This document shows, in pieces, positions 34,070 through 36,206 of a DNA stretch of 36,206 nucleotides. This DNA comes from Candidatus Levyibacteriota bacterium (GTDB lineage Bacteria > Patescibacteriota > Microgenomatia > Levybacterales > UBA12049). Positions within the stretch are counted from its first letter, which is position 1. Every line of letters starts with the position of its first letter. A program made the position numbers and the translations under genes. Location: positions 1 through 36,206 of the forward strand of contig JAHFKF010000002.1 in NCBI GenBank assembly GCA_023245475.1. Reading direction: 5' to 3'. The notes under the pieces are model-generated. The model ran no database searches, was not told where the DNA came from, and saw only the letters and a list, made by a program, of their open reading frames with translations.

Positions 34070-34180
34070 TATGAAATCACCTCCTTTCACCTCGCCGAAG
34101 TTCTGTAAGGCAGAACGAAGACGGGCCACTTACAAGTGTACAAGGGAAAAGAAATCATCGTCAAGAGAGAAATTACTATG

Positions 34181-34978
34181 CTACCCACTAGCACTGGTGT
34201 AGAAACGAAGAGCATACTTCCAAAAAACGCGAGTAATTGCAAAAAGCGTCACAGCGCAGACAATAAGAAACCCAACATCAAGAAGCGTTGCTTGCTGCAA
34301 TAATACTTTTGTAGGTGTCACCACAATGACTGTCAAAGGAAATAGCACAAAGAACAAATAGAGACTTGCCCCCTTGTAAATCTCCTGAGGAAACTTGGAT
34401 ATCTGGTTGGTTTGATACAGTAGATCCGTTAAGTTGGAAAGCTTGGGAAACCAAATGATAAGCGTCATAACTAGCATCCAGAAAGAATAAATTGTCATGA
34501 CTGAAAAAATGATAAGCCCGATTGTTTCTATCACAGCAACAGGTGTTATGGTAAGACCACCTGTTGTTACTGCAAAAATCAAAAAACCTACACCAAAGAA
34601 GAAACGAATCAAGTGCGTATATGTCACATACAAACAGGTTAACATAAACTGAGAATCAATCGGTTTTGTTAAGATGCCATCAAGCCTTCCAAAATTGATT
34701 GTTGTAGAAAAAGAACTAAAGCCGCGAGAAAAAAATAGATAGAAGAAACAAAAAATGATATTGTACATTGCAGCAAGTACTAAAAGCTCACTTCGAGACC
34801 ATCCAAACACATGGGACGTCTTTGTTGTCAGAAGAAGCATTTGCACAAGAGTAAATCCAGCCCAAATACTGTGCGAAAGAATGCTATTGAGAAAGTCAGC
34901 ACGATACGTGAGCAGCTTGACGACATTAAGTCTCATAAGCCTCCTGTATACTCGTACATAATGGTAAATACTTTTCAT
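34181..34978 (-). CDS. ABC-2 family transporter permease (DUF990-type)
   Basis: 265 aa, 6 TM. The N-terminal LLTYRADFLNSIL is typical of ABC2_membrane_6-type permeases. It follows the paralogous permease and the ATPase. Confidence 0.7.
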   Translation of the reverse strand: MKSIYHYVRVYRRLMRLNVVKLLTYRADFLNSILSHSIWAGFTLVQMLLLTTKTSHVFGWSRSELLVLAAMYNIIFCFFYLFFSRGFSSFSTTINFGRLDGILTKPIDSQFMLTCLYVTYTHLIRFFFGVGFLIFAVTTGGLTITPVAVIETIGLIIFSVMTIYSFWMLVMTLIIWFPKLSNLTDLLYQTNQISKFPQEIYKGASLYLFFVLFPLTVIVVTPTKVLLQQATLLDVGFLIVCAVTLFAITRVFWKYALRFYTSASG

Positions 34979-34981
34979 ACT

Positions 34982-35764
34982 TTATTGTCCTACAACTGTA
35001 TATTTTTTGAGCCCTGCTTTCCACATGTGTCGATAGATAAGATAGGCAACCCCCAGCCAAAACATCTGTCCACAAAAGACCAACAACAATTGAGAAACAG
35101 TGAGTCTTCCTTCAAAAGCAACTATAGGAAAATATAACATGTAAGCAAAGGGTAATACATAAGAAAGCTTCTCCAACCAATCAGGCAGCAAAGAGAGAGG
35201 AAGCAACACTCCTCCAAAGATCACAGTGAGCACATTCATTGCCTCAAATGCACCTCTCGCTTCAGTCATCCAAAATGCTAAAAGTCCCATACACATTTTG
35301 GCAACAAACGTGAGGGCAAATGCACCAACCAAAAGTAAACAGCTCAGAAGCAGAACGGTAAGTGAATCCGCAAAGGTAAACATGGAAGGAAAAACAAGCA
35401 CGAAGACTCCCAATAAAATGATGCCCATAAAACCTTGTAAAACTCGATAACACACTTCATTAAAAAAGATCAGTTTGAAATATGAAAATGGCTTGAGTAA
35501 ATATGCCGTGAGACCCCCCTCTTGAATATCAACCGTTGCCACATGATCTTCTTGATGACAAAGCACACTCGCATAGATGACGATTGATAGTAAATAATAG
35601 GAAGTAATTTCAGTAGTGGTCCACCCTGGAATATGTGAAGCTCCTCGCCAAAATAAAATAAGAATAAGTGGAGCAACAGCTGCGAGGAGAAAAAAGACCA
35701 CAATGCGGCTTCTGTCTTCAATAACCTCCTGAAGTTGCAGTAAAAAAATTCTGAAGTATCGCAT
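34982..35764 (-). CDS. ABC-2 family transporter permease (DUF990-type), paralog
   Basis: 260 aa, 6 TM. 2-nt gap to the ATPase gene and 3-nt gap to the next permease. Confidence 0.7.
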   Translation of the reverse strand: MRYFRIFLLQLQEVIEDRSRIVVFFLLAAVAPLILILFWRGASHIPGWTTTEITSYYLLSIVIYASVLCHQEDHVATVDIQEGGLTAYLLKPFSYFKLIFFNEVCYRVLQGFMGIILLGVFVLVFPSMFTFADSLTVLLLSCLLLVGAFALTFVAKMCMGLLAFWMTEARGAFEAMNVLTVIFGGVLLPLSLLPDWLEKLSYVLPFAYMLYFPIVAFEGRLTVSQLLLVFCGQMFWLGVAYLIYRHMWKAGLKKYTVVGQ

Positions 35765-35766
35765 GA

Positions 35767-36206
35767 TTATTTTCTGGAAAAGACATCACTAATAATATCT
35801 TCAATATTTGCCTCTTCAATAGTAAGATCTGCAACTGGGAAACTTCCCAGTAATTTCGCGGCAACCTTGCTGGATCGCTCCCTAGGAACCGTAATTACTG
35901 CTTTATTACCTTCAAGCAAGTCAATCTTACCAAGGGTGGAAAGTTTTGATTGAGTAACTGACTGCGCAAAAATCACCGTAATTGATTTATGTTTGGCATA
36001 TTTTTTGACAATATCAGAAAGACGACCATCATAGAGTACTGTCCCATGATCAATAATAATAACTCGATTACATAACTGCTCAACATCCTTCATATAATGA
36101 CTCGTTAATAAAATGGTGGAGTTGTAACGCTGGTTGTATGTTTTGACAAAATCTCGAAGCTTTTGCTGCATGACCACATCCAGTCCAATGGTTGGCTCAT
36201 CAAGAA
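35767..36206 (-). CDS. ABC transporter ATP-binding protein (5' end truncated by the window edge)
   Basis: The reading frame is open to the window end. It encodes FLDEPTIGLDV (Walker B), the H-loop region LLTSHYM and a C-terminal regulatory domain. Confidence 0.85.
   Translation of the reverse strand, partial: LDEPTIGLDVVMQQKLRDFVKTYNQRYNSTILLTSHYMKDVEQLCNRVIIIDHGTVLYDGRLSDIVKKYAKHKSITVIFAQSVTQSKLSTLGKIDLLEGNKAVITVPRERSSKVAAKLLGSFPVADLTIEEANIEDIISDVFSRK

Noticed and set aside
1-36206. Alternative genetic code (UGA recoding as in some CPR lineages)
   Set aside because: TGA terminates several well-supported genes at the expected length (e.g. yhhQ at 685-687, RibD_C-like at 1221-1223). Recognised proteins are full length under code 11.
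1-36206. CRISPR arrays, tRNA/rRNA genes, transposases, integrases, prophage or toxin-antitoxin modules
   Set aside because: No direct-repeat/spacer periodicity and no cloverleaf-sized conserved segments were seen. The intergenic gaps are mostly very short (often under 60 nt) and the only large ORF-poor gap is explained by RNase P RNA. No ORF shows DDE, tyrosine-recombinase or phage structural motifs.

Overview
AT-rich, almost gap-free coding window. I call 40 CDS, many with 1-41 nt overlaps or abutting stop codons. TGA and TAA act as stops, so the standard bacterial code applies. Gene content: class I LysRS, MetRS, GuaA, MetK, MurB, TsaD, GreA, RmuC, TatD, RdgB, Tdh-Kbl, plus many small membrane or secreted proteins (DUF192, DUF378, PEGA-SH3, cohesin-like, VanW). 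This content and the extreme compaction suggest a small-genome Patescibacteria/CPR-type bacterium (inference only). RNA and regulatory features: a type-A RNase P RNA on the minus strand (~4781-5156), which explains the only large ORF-poor gap, and a compact SAM-I-clan riboswitch directly upstream of metK. I saw no tRNA, rRNA, CRISPR array, transposase, integrase or phage genes. The stand-out is at 17.5-20.1 kb: two tandem paralogous genes for very cysteine-rich secreted proteins (36 and 40 Cys by my count). Their unrelated knottin-like heads sit on a nearly identical C-terminal module that looks like a VirB2/TrbC-type (CPR T4SS-pilin-type) two-helix membrane hairpin plus a 6-Cys tail. The pair share an identical 35-nt upstream element and an identical 65-nt tract in the 3' ends. 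Secondary candidates: (i) an overlapping 4-gene operon of a VUT/YhhQ transporter, a RibD_C/DHFR-like reductase, a CofE-like gamma-glutamyl ligase and a membrane protein, read as a putative cofactor salvage-and-trapping module; (ii) an envelope glycan operon of a processive GT2, a GT-C, a WecA-like transferase and a decaprenyl-phosphate phosphoribosyltransferase-like UbiA enzyme. All functional calls come from motif recognition by eye; no searches were run.
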